Below, piece after piece: positions 17,707 through 27,158 of a stretch of 49,112 nt of DNA. The DNA lies in contig JBGSVZ010000037.1 in assembly GCA_041752695.1 (NCBI GenBank), forward strand, positions 1-49,112, in the 5' to 3' direction. Positions within the stretch are counted from its first letter, which is position 1; every line of letters begins with the position of its first letter. This DNA is from Terrimicrobiaceae bacterium. Its GTDB lineage: Bacteria > Verrucomicrobiota > Verrucomicrobiia > Chthoniobacterales > Terrimicrobiaceae. The notes beneath the pieces were generated by a model that saw only the letters and a program-made list of their open reading frames with translations, was not told the origin of the DNA and made no database searches. A program made the position numbers and the translations under genes.

Positions 17707-20700
17707 CAGTGGGCTGGCACGCTTCGGTGCAGGTCAACAAACAAGGTTTCGAAGGCCTGTAAAGTGCTTTCCATTTTCACCAAATCAAACTGGCCGGCAC
17801 AACCGGCCAGTTTATTGGCGTAATTCCGCAGCAGCCCGGAGTCGTACTCGGCGGCGAGTTGCAGAAGGTGGCGGGAGAATTCCTCCACTTCGCTGACCAC
17901 GGGGGTGCCCACCAGGCCGGTCCAGGTGGTCCGGCACTCCTCCAGCCGGGGGAGCAGCCCTTCCCGGTGGCCGCCTTCGTTTCCGGCGGGCGCGGGGACG
18001 GTCGAAGTTTCGGCGGCCGGGACTCCGGGGCGGGTGCGGAGAAATCGCCTCATCTGTCCGGCCAGTTCCGAACGGGTGACCGGCTTGCGCAGAAATCCGT
18101 CGCAAATGGGCTTGAGGGCGGCTTCTTCGGATTGCATGGCCGAAGCCGTCACGACGATGATCGGGATGGTTTTCAGCGACTCGTCGGCCTTCAGGATGCG
18201 GGTGGCTTGCAGGCCGTCCATCACGGGCATGCGCACATCCATCAGAATGACATCGGGCCGGTTGGCGCGGGCAAGGTCGATGGCTTCGCGTCCATTGGTC
18301 GCTTCGATCAGTTCGTGGCCGGTGCCGAAAAGAAACGCGCGGATCAGATCGCGGTTCATCACGATGTCGTCCGTCACCAGCACCTTGCAGGGAGCGAGGT
18401 CGGCCAGGTCGTACGCCTGCACGTCGTCCTCCGTGCGAACTCCGGCCGCCGAGGCTTTCTTGATTTCGGGAAAGGAAAACCGGAACACGCTGCCTTTGCC
18501 GATTTCGCTGGTGATGGAGATCTGGCCGCGCATCATCTCGACGAGGCGTTTGGTGATATTGAGCCCCAGGCCCGTGCCGCCGTATTTTTTGGTGCTCTGC
18601 CCGCTTTGTTGCGAGAACGCCTCGAAGATCCTTTGCTGTTCCCCGGGGGCGATGCCGACGCCGGAATCCTCCACCTCCAGAATGAGCTCGATGGCTTCCG
18701 CCTGCTCCGTCCCCACCAGGGCGCGGACCGTCACGTGGCCGCGCTCCGTAAACTTGATCGCATTGCCCACCACGTTGAAAAGAATCTGCCGCAGCCGGAT
18801 TTCGTCGAGGAGAAGGCTCGGCGGCATCCCGGGAGCGATCTCCAGGTGAAACTCCAGGCCCTTCTGCTCTGCCTTCTGCGAAAAAATATGTCGCACGTCG
18901 CGCAGGACGACTCCGATGTCGAGGGCATCGTATTCGAGGGAAAGTTTACCCGCCTCGATTTTGGAGAGGTCGAGGATGTCGTTGATCAGGGCCAGGAGGG
19001 TCTGGCCGCTCGACGTGACGGCTTGCACGTAACCTTGAGCGCGTCCTTCCGGGACGAGACCTTTGAGCAATTCTGCAAAGCCAAGGATCGCGTTCATCGG
19101 CGTGCGGATTTCGTGCGACATGTTGGCGAGGAATTCGGATTTAGCCCGGTTCGCCGCCTCCGCCGCGGCAATGGCGTTTTGCAGCTCGGACGCCGCGCGG
19201 CGTTTGTCCGTGATGTCCCGCACGACGCCTTCGTAGTAGAGGGGCTGACCGGCCTGGTCCTTGATGATGCTGGCGTTTTCGTTGATCCAGATCGTCGTCC
19301 CGTCGCCGCAGTGCACCTCGGATTCGAAATCCTTGATCACGCCCTCGCGCTCGATGAGTTCCTGGAACTGATGCCGGCGGTCGGGATCCACATAAAGGCT
19401 TTCGGCGCGCACCATGTGTTCGTAAAAATCCTCCACCGAGCGGTATTTGTAGATGCGGGCGAGCGCGGGGTTTGCCTCAAGGTATTCGCCGGAAAGGCTG
19501 GTGCGGAAAATGCCATCGACCGAACCCTCGAAGATGCTGCGGAATTTGCGACCGGCCACGATCGCCTCGCGGGTCACGGTATTAAACGCCTGCCCGACCT
19601 GGCCGAGTTCGTCCTGGGTGTCGAGATCGACCACCACATTTTCCTCGCCCGCTTTCATGCGGTCGGTGGCGTCCTGCAGCGAATGCACGGTATGGGTGAT
19701 CGACCGGTAGAAAGCGATCCACAGATAGGTGACGGCGAGGATGGCGGCAAAAGCCACGGCGAAGAGGATGGCGATGGCGCGTTGTTCCCTCGCAATGCGG
19801 TGTTCGAGGACGATCTTGAACTGCCTGGCGGCACGATCCCAGACCCGCTCATTCGCTGCCAGCGCGGCGGCGGCGGCGTTTTGGTATTGATCCGGGCTAA
19901 AGCGCTGCCGCCCGCCGGGCAGGGCCGCATCATCGAGCTGTCGCAACAGCGCTCGCGTGGTGGAAATGTACTGGGCCAGCGGCTGGTCCAGCGCCGCCTG
20001 CACGGTACCGCTCGGATTGTTGGCGAAGGCCACATGCAAATTCCGCTCCAGTCGGTCGAGATTATAGCGCAACCTCGCTGCCTGGGTGACGAGGGTGGTG
20101 AAATCCGCCTCGCCCAGCCCCTGGGCCGCCGCCCTTGCGCCGACCAACTTACGTGTTTGGGCGACAATGGTCGCGCTTTCCGGCAGCTTGAGCAGGATGG
20201 CATCCATCAAATAGTAGGAGTCGAGATCGGGATCGAGAATCAGCGTGCTTTGATCGCCGACGAAACTCATCAGATCCTCCACCTGTCCCCGCAGCCGTTC
20301 GAACAACTCGTCACTGATCTCCGGCGAAAGCTTCGGGCGCTGGCTTTTCAGGTCCTCCCACGAGGCGCGCAGAATGCGGAACCTTCCCGTCGTGCCAAGC
20401 ACGCCGCCCAGACGTTCGTCTGTTTCCGCCAGTTCCGCCATCTGACTGTCCACCTCCGCCTGACGGATGGGATAATGTTCCAGGGCAAAACTTTGTTTCT
20501 GCAAATCCGCATTGGCCAGAGACATTGCCTGGGGCAGTTCGTCATGCAGGGCATTGAGCGGCGTGAGGTAGTCCACACCGTCGATCTCCAGCCGGGCCAG
20601 CCGGATTTCCTTTTGCGCCGCGCTGTTGAGGAAATACAACACCAACCCGAGCGGCAGGGCAAAGAACAGGCTGATCAGCGTGAACTTGCGCGGAAAAGTC

Positions 20701-20762
20701 AACCGGTTCAACAGCCGGATCGCCGGTGAAAACCAGGAGGGTTGCTGTCGGATAGCGGGCAT
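17706..20762 (-). CDS. Membrane hybrid sensor kinase (periplasmic helical sensor-HAMP-PAS-HisKA-HATPase-REC plus helical tail)
   Basis: Two TM segments, [14 protein letters not shown] sensor motif, [11 protein letters not shown] (HAMP), [28 protein letters not shown]. Start 20762 or 20774. Confidence 0.93.
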   Translation of the reverse strand: MPAIRQQPSWFSPAIRLLNRLTFPRKFTLISLFFALPLGLVLYFLNSAAQKEIRLARLEIDGVDYLTPLNALHDELPQAMSLANADLQKQSFALEHYPIRQAEVDSQMAELAETDERLGGVLGTTGRFRILRASWEDLKSQRPKLSPEISDELFERLRGQVEDLMSFVGDQSTLILDPDLDSYYLMDAILLKLPESATIVAQTRKLVGARAAAQGLGEADFTTLVTQAARLRYNLDRLERNLHVAFANNPSGTVQAALDQPLAQYISTTRALLRQLDDAALPGGRQRFSPDQYQNAAAAALAANERVWDRAARQFKIVLEHRIAREQRAIAILFAVAFAAILAVTYLWIAFYRSITHTVHSLQDATDRMKAGEENVVVDLDTQDELGQVGQAFNTVTREAIVAGRKFRSIFEGSVDGIFRTSLSGEYLEANPALARIYKYRSVEDFYEHMVRAESLYVDPDRRHQFQELIEREGVIKDFESEVHCGDGTTIWINENASIIKDQAGQPLYYEGVVRDITDKRRAASELQNAIAAAEAANRAKSEFLANMSHEIRTPMNAILGFAELLKGLVPEGRAQGYVQAVTSSGQTLLALINDILDLSKIEAGKLSLEYDALDIGVVLRDVRHIFSQKAEQKGLEFHLEIAPGMPPSLLLDEIRLRQILFNVVGNAIKFTERGHVTVRALVGTEQAEAIELILEVEDSGVGIAPGEQQRIFEAFSQQSGQSTKKYGGTGLGLNITKRLVEMMRGQISITSEIGKGSVFRFSFPEIKKASAAGVRTEDDVQAYDLADLAPCKVLVTDDIVMNRDLIRAFLFGTGHELIEATNGREAIDLARANRPDVILMDVRMPVMDGLQATRILKADESLKTIPIIVVTASAMQSEEAALKPICDGFLRKPVTRSELAGQMRRFLRTRPGVPAAETSTVPAPAGNEGGHREGLLPRLEECRTTWTGLVGTPVVSEVEEFSRHLLQLAAEYDSGLLRNYANKLAGCAGQFDLVKMESTLQAFETLFVDLHRSVPAH

Positions 20763-20882
20763 GGCGGACGGCACGGTATCCCATCACCCCGCCGGGAACA
20801 AGCCCCAGGCCAGTCCCCAAACCTGCACCGCCCTCAAATCAAAGCTTCCCACCGTTCGGATGGGGCGGTATTTCCCTCGGGC

Positions 20883-21224
20883 ATGCAGATCGAGAAGTCC
20901 ACGGCAGAAGGCGCCACCACCCTGAAACTCACGGGGGAAATCGACTTGCACGCGTCGCCCACTCTGCGCGCCGAGTTACAGGCCAACGCGAAGGCGAAGA
21001 CGCCGGTGCTCCTGGTGGACTTCACGGATGTTGACTACATCGACTCGTCGGGCCTGGCCACCTTCATCGAATACGTGCGCGAGGCCGCAGCTTATCAGGG
21101 TAAAATTGCCCTCTTCGGCCTGAAGAAAAAAGTGCGCACCATCTTCGACCTTGTGCGCCTGAACGAACTTTTCACCATCACCGACTCCGCCGAGGCGGCC
21201 ACCGCTGCCCTCGCCGCGAAATAG
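20883..21224 (+). CDS. STAS-domain protein (anti-sigma antagonist / MlaB-like)
   Basis: LTGEID and VDYIDSSGL with the conserved Ser; 113 aa. Confidence 0.9.
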   Translation: MQIEKSTAEGATTLKLTGEIDLHASPTLRAELQANAKAKTPVLLVDFTDVDYIDSSGLATFIEYVREAAAYQGKIALFGLKKKVRTIFDLVRLNELFTITDSAEAATAALAAK

Positions 21225-21233
21225 CGCCCCGCC

Positions 21234-21986
21234 GTGGCTGGCCTGCGCAACTACTTCCGCCTCAACGCGCAGATCCTCTATTGGATTTTCGTCGCGCCCC
21301 TGCGCGGCAAGCGCCTCTTCAATGTTAACGAGGTCTTCCGCCAGATGGTCCGCATTGGCGTGCAGGCCGTGCCCATGACGGCCATGACCTCCTTCAGCAT
21401 CGGCCTCACTCTGGCCATGCAGGGCGCGTATCAGCTTTCCAAATTCGGCGCGACTTCCTACGTGCCCGACCTCGTTTCCATGTCGCTGCTGCGCGAACTC
21501 GGCCCCCTGCTGGTCGGGGTCGTGGTGATCGGCCGCAGCGGTTCCTCCATCACCGCCGAACTTGGCACCATGAAGGTCTCCGAGGAAATTGAAGCGCTCG
21601 AAGTGATGTCGATCAACCCGATTCGCTATCTCGTGGTGCCCCGCTTCATCGCCATGCTGGTCATGCTTCCGGCGCTGGTGATTTTCGGAAATTACATCGG
21701 CTTTGTCGGCGGCTGGAGCATCAGCCATTTCGCCCTCGATATGAGCACCAACGGGTACATTCTGCGCATCATCGAAAGTGCCCGCCCTATCGACCTCTAT
21801 TCCGGCATGATCAAAAGCTTTGTCTTCGCCTGGCTTATCGCCACCATCGCCGCAAAGTCCGGACTGGAAGTCTCGGGCGGAGCCGAAGGCGTGGGTCAGT
21901 CCACCACCAGCTCCGTGGTGGTTTCCATCATTGCCATGCTCATCGCCAACGCCCTGCTCACGGCGATGTTCTTTTTTCTGGGCTAG
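21234..21986 (+). CDS. mlaE: MlaE-family ABC permease
   Basis: RELGPLL, GRSGSSITAELGTMKVSEEIEAL, YLVVPR, GAEGVGQSTT. Confidence 0.93.
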   Translation: MAGLRNYFRLNAQILYWIFVAPLRGKRLFNVNEVFRQMVRIGVQAVPMTAMTSFSIGLTLAMQGAYQLSKFGATSYVPDLVSMSLLRELGPLLVGVVVIGRSGSSITAELGTMKVSEEIEALEVMSINPIRYLVVPRFIAMLVMLPALVIFGNYIGFVGGWSISHFALDMSTNGYILRIIESARPIDLYSGMIKSFVFAWLIATIAAKSGLEVSGGAEGVGQSTTSSVVVSIIAMLIANALLTAMFFFLG

Positions 21987-21999
21987 GCCCGGCTTGCCC

Positions 22000-22545
22000 T
22001 CAGCGCCGCCGCTGTCCGGCGCGCACCAGAGGATGGGAGATGTCGGGCAGGATGGTGTTCACCGCAACCTCCACCTCCCGCTCCATGCCCAACACCTCCA
22101 GCAGCACGGCGACTCGCTGACGGGCGGGCATCACGCGGGTCACCACGGCCCGGACGCCCTGGAAGGGACCGGCGACCACGTTCACCTCCTCGCCAATTTC
22201 AATCCCCGATTCGATGACCACCGTTTCCTCGTCCTGCACGGAGGCGCGGAGTTCGTGAATAATCTCGGTGGGCACCACGGATGGCTGACCGCCGAAACCG
22301 ACGATTTTGCTCACGCCGTGCGTCGCCCTCACCAACCGGTGCTGCGAGACGTAGCCGAAACACGCAAAAAGGTAGCCCGGAAACATGGCTTCCGTCACCC
22401 ACGAGCGACCGGAGCGCCTCGCCCGCTCAAAACGCACGAAGGGACAAAAAACCTCGACGCCCGCCTCCGTGCGCAGGAGCTGGCTTGTCATGCGCTCGGT
22501 CTTGGGTTTGGCCCGCACGCAATACCACACAAGATCATCAGTCAT
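22000..22545 (-). CDS. NusG paralog, RfaH/UpxY-type antitermination factor
   Basis: WYCVRAKPKTE, AMFPGYLF, THGVSKIVGFG (NGN domain); C-terminal KOW GEEVNVVAGPFQG, RVAVLLEVLG. Confidence 0.9.
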   Translation of the reverse strand: MTDDLVWYCVRAKPKTERMTSQLLRTEAGVEVFCPFVRFERARRSGRSWVTEAMFPGYLFACFGYVSQHRLVRATHGVSKIVGFGGQPSVVPTEIIHELRASVQDEETVVIESGIEIGEEVNVVAGPFQGVRAVVTRVMPARQRVAVLLEVLGMEREVEVAVNTILPDISHPLVRAGQRRR

Positions 22546-22629
22546 TTGTTCGCGCCACTATCGGCAGGACTGCCGGTGTTTCCAAGCTTTCGCGTATGTT
22601 CCAAAAACGTAACACAAACGGAATTGGGC

Positions 22630-22661
22630 TGGGGATAAAACTGTGAGCATGCTGTGAATAA
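22630..22661 (-). promoter_or_regulatory. Two possible DnaA boxes in the divergent rfaH-like / lpxH-like intergenic region
   Basis: TTATTCACA (22653-22661, consensus TTWTNCACA) and TTATCCCCA (22630-22638, one mismatch), same orientation. Confidence 0.3.
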
Positions 22662-22678
22662 CTTTTTCAGGGGTGGGG

Positions 22679-23461
22679 ATGAACTACTATCGCACAGGCT
22701 GGATCTCCGACGTGCATCTGGGCACGCGCGGAAGCAATGCGACTGCCCTCCTGGCTTTTCTCCGGGACGCGGAGTTTGAGACGCTTTACCTCGTGGGCGA
22801 CCTGCTCGACATCTGGGCCCTGCGTCGGGGGATCTTCTGGCCGCAGGAACACAACGACGTCATTCAAAAGCTTCTGCGCAAAAGCCGCAAGGGCACCGAG
22901 ATCATCTACATCATCGGCAATCACGACGAATTTCTCAGCCGGTTTCACGGTCACTACGGGGGCGTAACCCTGCAAAAAAACGCCATTCACCTCACCGCCG
23001 ACGGTCGCCGACTCCTTGTCATTCACGGCCACGAACTCGACACCGTGGTACAAAACTTGGGCTGGCTCGCCCATGTCGGGGACATCGGGTATTCCCTCCT
23101 CATGCGGTGCAACGGCCTGGTGAACTTTTGCCGCCGCCTCCTTGGATACGGTCATTGGTCGCTCAGTGCCTACGTGAAGGCTGAGGTGAAAAATGTGGTC
23201 GGATTTATCGGCCAGTTTGAGGAGGCTGTGGTGCGTTATGCCCGCGACTATGATGTGGATGCCGTCCTTTGCGGACACATTCACACCGCCGCGGTGCGCG
23301 ATATTCAAGGGATCACCTATTACAATACCGGCGACTGGGTCGAGAGCTGCACCGCGATCGTGGAACGCTACGACGGGCAGTTGGAGCTGATCAAATATCC
23401 CGCGGACGCCAGAGAGCCTGTCGAAAACCTCGTCGCGGAGCCGGTTACAACGGCCGCGTGA
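22679..23461 (+). CDS. UDP-2,3-diacylglucosamine diphosphatase-like metallophosphoesterase (LpxH family)
   Basis: SDVHLG, GDLLD, GNHD, IHGH, CGHIH, NTGDWVES. Confidence 0.88.
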   Translation: MNYYRTGWISDVHLGTRGSNATALLAFLRDAEFETLYLVGDLLDIWALRRGIFWPQEHNDVIQKLLRKSRKGTEIIYIIGNHDEFLSRFHGHYGGVTLQKNAIHLTADGRRLLVIHGHELDTVVQNLGWLAHVGDIGYSLLMRCNGLVNFCRRLLGYGHWSLSAYVKAEVKNVVGFIGQFEEAVVRYARDYDVDAVLCGHIHTAAVRDIQGITYYNTGDWVESCTAIVERYDGQLELIKYPADAREPVENLVAEPVTTAA

Positions 23462-23602
23462 TCGGACTTCATCCTGGAGGGATCCTCCGGCATGTCCGTG
23501 ATAATCTGACTTCGCGGCCATCCCGCCTGCCTCAGCCCTCATCGATCACGATGCAACCGCCAGCTCGGGAAGGGCAACCACGGTTTGCTCTGCCCGGCGT
23601 CA

Positions 23603-23637
23603 TTGACACTATCGGCGTGCACACTATTATAGTGTCA
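23603..23637 (+). promoter_or_regulatory. Sigma70-type promoter overlapped by a palindromic operator of the TA operon
   Basis: TTGACA (23603-08), 16 bp, TATTAT (23625-30), ATG at 23637; inverted repeats TGACACTAT/ATAGTGTCA and ACACTA-TTA-TAGTGT. Confidence 0.7.
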
Positions 23638-23855
23638 TGAAGAACATTACGTTGTCCGCTGAGGAAGAGTTGATTCGACGGGCTCGGGGGGTGGCCCATC
23701 AGCGTGCGACCTCCCTCAACGAACTATTCCGCGGGTGGTTGAGGGATTTGACTCGCCAATCCGGTCCGGTGCAGAATTACGATAGGTTAATGGATCGCCT
23801 CGCAACCCGATCTAGCGGGCGCTCTTTCAGCCGGGAGGAGAGAAATGAACGCTGA
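23637..23855 (+). CDS. Antitoxin, ribbon-helix-helix type (DUF6364-like VapB)
   Basis: MKNITLSAEEELIRRAR...TSLNELFR; C-terminal FSREE; overlaps the PIN gene. Confidence 0.85.
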   Translation: MKNITLSAEEELIRRARGVAHQRATSLNELFRGWLRDLTRQSGPVQNYDRLMDRLATRSSGRSFSREERNER

Positions 23856-24264
23856 AGTTTTTCTCGATACCAACGTTTTCGTATACACCTTCGATGGCAC
23901 CGCCCCTCAGAAGCGCGACCTGGCTCGGGCCTTGGTTCGCGATACCCTTGAAAAGGGAAATGGCGCCATCAGTTGGCAGGTCTCCCAGGAATTTCTGAAT
24001 GTCGCCCTGCACAAATTTGCCAACCCCCTCACCGCTGGCGAGGCCTCCGACTATGTTGACCAGGTGTTTGCACCCCTCTGGAAGGTCTTCCCGTCGCCCG
24101 AACTCATCCACGAGGCCCTTCGGATTCAGAGCCAATCCCAATATCGCTTCTCCGACAGCCTCATCGTGGCGAGTGCCCTCCAGTCAGGTGCTTCCGTCCT
24201 CTACAGCGAGGACCTGCAGGATGGCCGGACGTTTGGAAAGATGAGGATTGTCAACCCGTTCTGA
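23845..24264 (+). CDS. vapC: PIN-domain toxin (VapC family)
   Basis: FLDTNVFVY, ISWQVSQEF, DSLIVASA, LYSEDLQDG, IVNPF. Confidence 0.93.
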   Translation: MNAEVFLDTNVFVYTFDGTAPQKRDLARALVRDTLEKGNGAISWQVSQEFLNVALHKFANPLTAGEASDYVDQVFAPLWKVFPSPELIHEALRIQSQSQYRFSDSLIVASALQSGASVLYSEDLQDGRTFGKMRIVNPF

Positions 24265-24433
24265 CGCGATTTGTTGGACAGAAAGGAATGGACCCCGCGC
24301 CAACGCAAAGGACCGGGGCGTCCCGTCCGCAACCCTTGACGTGAACGAGATCTCCGCGCCTCTCCTCCCTCCGCTTCGGAACAAATCTTAACATCCTTCC
24401 ATCGAGATGCGCGGCTCCGAAAGTCGCAAATGA

Positions 24434-24462
24434 AACTTTGTCAGAAATTGTTGACTGACCCC
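24434..24462 (+). repeat. Left copy of 29-bp inverted repeat
   Basis: AACTTTGTCAGAAATTGTTGACTGACCCC; 26/29 identical to the reverse complement of 30231-30259. Confidence 0.85.
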
Positions 24463-24883
24463 AAACGTATACGAGCGGCTGGAAGAAATTTGAGCCCGTG
24501 TGGAATCTGATGATCCAGATGAAAAGGCTGAATCTAATGACGCCGCTCTTGGAAGGGGTGCTGTCAAAAGTGACCGGTGCAAGCCTGAAACAGGCGTTGA
24601 GTGAAGAGTCAACAGCCAGACTGACCCAGAAATCAGCTGCGTAGGCCACGAATCCCTCCTTATTTCATTGGAAACTTCGCAAATGTTTCGCCAGCTTAAG
24701 AAAGCCCGGCAGCGCTTATTTGGTGTTTGATACCCTCGATGCTATCTGACCCCGGCCTCAGATCTGCGGACCAAACCGCGCCGCAAATTTGATTTTTGAA
24801 CACCGACCCGTATTTCCGCTGTAATTCGCCTTTATTTGAGCTTTCCAGATTCCTGCAAATTGCTTCACTGTGTGCTACAGTCT

Positions 24884-25663
24884 ATGGATTTTATAACCGC
24901 ACTTGGGCTCTGGCCGCACGCCCCAGTCGATGAATTTTCGCCTCTTTTAGAAACTTTATCAACTCGCGAACAGGCCGCTATCCACGGGGAACCTCGCTTG
25001 GAAGAACCAGTTTGGCAGTCTATCTTCCTTGAACTCAGCGCGTTAGCTCCAGGCGCTTCCGCAGATGAGGTTCGGTTAGCTTTTTCCGCTGCTTTGGAGA
25101 ACGTCCTACTTTGTGGTACCGCGGGAGATCCAATCCCATTTCAATGTGAGCGGGCTGTGCCGTTCGAGGGTGCAATAGGATATTACATTCGAGAATTGAT
25201 GATACCACGACTCGAAATGGAAGAGAATTTTGATTTTTGGTCAGACCCGGACGCGGCGAAGCCTCTTGATTCCTGTTGTTCCTTGTTAGGACATTTCAAA
25301 ACGGGACCTCATCCGTCCTGGGCAATCCCTTTCGCTTCGAACGAGCCTAATCCTCTAGATGGCCATTCAGCCGAAACCTGTCATCAACGACTCGCCCTGT
25401 ATCCAGATGGTGATCATTCACCTAAAGTAATAATGACTTATATTTTACCGCCCGGAACGAAACATGCGGTGCCAACGATAGGTGATGCTTTCCGGTGGAA
25501 CGACGCATTTCCATATTGGCGTTCTTTTTTTCTCCCCGCTCCAATAGGGGCGTCGCTTGGAAAAACGGCTCCCTTGGACAATAGCTTAACTGGGTTTGAC
25601 GAAATCGTCCACGAACCTATCGACCTTATCAACTTGACAAGACCTCTACAAAGAAGGCTTTGA
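24884..25663 (+). CDS. Hypothetical protein; possible ART-fold-like effector
   Basis: Only long ORF in this stretch; ATG 24884 (ORF open from TTG 24836); C-terminal layout SWAIP...RLAL...PTIGDA...FLP...GKT...GFDEIVH. Confidence 0.75.
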   Translation: MDFITALGLWPHAPVDEFSPLLETLSTREQAAIHGEPRLEEPVWQSIFLELSALAPGASADEVRLAFSAALENVLLCGTAGDPIPFQCERAVPFEGAIGYYIRELMIPRLEMEENFDFWSDPDAAKPLDSCCSLLGHFKTGPHPSWAIPFASNEPNPLDGHSAETCHQRLALYPDGDHSPKVIMTYILPPGTKHAVPTIGDAFRWNDAFPYWRSFFLPAPIGASLGKTAPLDNSLTGFDEIVHEPIDLINLTRPLQRRL

Positions 25664-25665
25664 CT

Positions 25666-26718
25666 ATGCACCAAAAGACTATTCCTCCGCTTATTCAGTG
25701 GGCCAATGAGGCCTCAGAATCTGATCTAAAGCAATGGCTTTTCGACCGCCTACATGGAAATGACCGACGTTGGGCAGAGTTCTCAGACGGTTACCAAGTA
25801 CCAAGTTATCTTATCTCAACGGTGGTGCGACATACTGATACCTCCGCCGTAGCCTACGCTGCGCTGATCCAATCGATATGCGGTTTCATACGGACGATCT
25901 TACCTGCTTGGGCTGATCAACGAGACGACGTCCAGACCGGAGAAGCGGTATGCTCTTGGACCGGTCCTGCTCTCGTAGATCTGCTTTTTTTAGCCTCTGA
26001 AATATTAGAGAGCGGAGCGCGGCGCGCGGAGATTCGAAAAATTCTGAGTAGCACTGCTCCGAAACTTCCTCGCTATGTCGGAAAGCTGCCATTGCGCGCG
26101 AAAGCACTTGTTGCACTTTTAGATTTTGGCGGACATCCTGATCGCCAATTTTGGCTTGCTCAAATATCTCAAGATTACCCAGAAGCGACCCCGATCGTCT
26201 TTATCGCTTTGGCCCGTAGAGATCTCAAAGACGCATTAATCTGGCTCGGAGGACGGAGCTTGAATGAACAAGGGAGTACACTGCGAAAATTTCGTCCGTC
26301 CCTTGTAAAAATGGCAGGCGGCGAAGCCGCTTTGGTTGTTCTCATCCGACAACATTTGTTGCGCTCGAATTACCCTTTGGCCAAACTATTACGCGATGAG
26401 CTGGCTCCAGCCGGAAATTTGGTGTTATTTCTTCTAAAGGACGAAATCGAGATGGCCGTTGCAAATGGTTGGCTTATTTTGCCGGCTCTACAGTCTGAAA
26501 CCGGTCACGAACATCGATTCGCAATTGCTCGTTTTGAGGAGCTGGATAGCTACCGTAAAGCAGCTTTAACGCTGGTCGATGAAGTTATAAAGACGGAATT
26601 CGGACAGTTGACCGCCGAACTTACGGCGCAGGAAAAAATCGGCGACGTTAGAAAAAATATTCTACGCTCTCGGACGTCGACAAGTCGGGAAATAATTGAG
26701 ATATCGTTTGCTCGCTAG
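25666..26718 (+). CDS. Hypothetical, predicted all-alpha (solenoid-like) protein
   Basis: 350-aa ORF starting 2 nt after the upstream stop, AGAAGG before the ATG; amphipathic helical pattern, no catalytic motif recognised. Confidence 0.8.
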   Translation: MHQKTIPPLIQWANEASESDLKQWLFDRLHGNDRRWAEFSDGYQVPSYLISTVVRHTDTSAVAYAALIQSICGFIRTILPAWADQRDDVQTGEAVCSWTGPALVDLLFLASEILESGARRAEIRKILSSTAPKLPRYVGKLPLRAKALVALLDFGGHPDRQFWLAQISQDYPEATPIVFIALARRDLKDALIWLGGRSLNEQGSTLRKFRPSLVKMAGGEAALVVLIRQHLLRSNYPLAKLLRDELAPAGNLVLFLLKDEIEMAVANGWLILPALQSETGHEHRFAIARFEELDSYRKAALTLVDEVIKTEFGQLTAELTAQEKIGDVRKNILRSRTSTSREIIEISFAR

Positions 26719-27158
26719 TCCAGAATTTCCTCGTTAAGTTTAGAGCGAATTTCTTCGACGAGTTCTCCATTTTCTGGCTGTTTCTCAAGGACGAAAGTCA
26801 TTCCGGTAGCAACCACTCCATGGCCGTCACTTGTAAGGATACTAAAAATCCATATCGGCAAATTTGGCCCATACTTCTCTCGTAAGACAGCCACGCATCG
26901 GCGTCCGGCATATCGAATTCCCTCTGCTTGGACTTCCATGGGTGGCACTGGCATATCTTCCGCAGGAAAGCACCATGGTGCCATGGCGTCTAGAACCGCA
27001 AAGTGCAATTGTCCCTCTGGGATGGAGGTAATTTTTTCCCTCAGATCCGATTCGGTATCACAAATTGCAAGTTCGCATTTTGGAAAACTTCGATTCAAGA
27101 GTTTGCTTATAGACTCCGACTGATCTGGATCATCTTCTAAAAATAATATGGTCTTCAT
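26715..27158 (-). CDS. Single-domain response regulator (receiver) with insertion
   Basis: ILFLEDD, AVLD (phospho-Asp), PIWIFS, VLEK; ATGA overlap with the kinase stop. Confidence 0.85.
   Translation of the reverse strand: MKTILFLEDDPDQSESISKLLNRSFPKCELAICDTESDLREKITSIPEGQLHFAVLDAMAPWCFPAEDMPVPPMEVQAEGIRYAGRRCVAVLREKYGPNLPIWIFSILTSDGHGVVATGMTFVLEKQPENGELVEEIRSKLNEEILD

Noticed and set aside
17859..20729. 956-aa plus-strand ORF (and similar long antisense ORFs at 908-2413, 3894-5306, 10909-12462, 42140-44149)
   Set aside because: Shadows of well-supported genes on the opposite strand
24251..24649. 132-aa and 74-aa minus-strand ORFs at the island's left edge
   Set aside because: They cross the IR and compositional boundary and show no motifs; likely spurious
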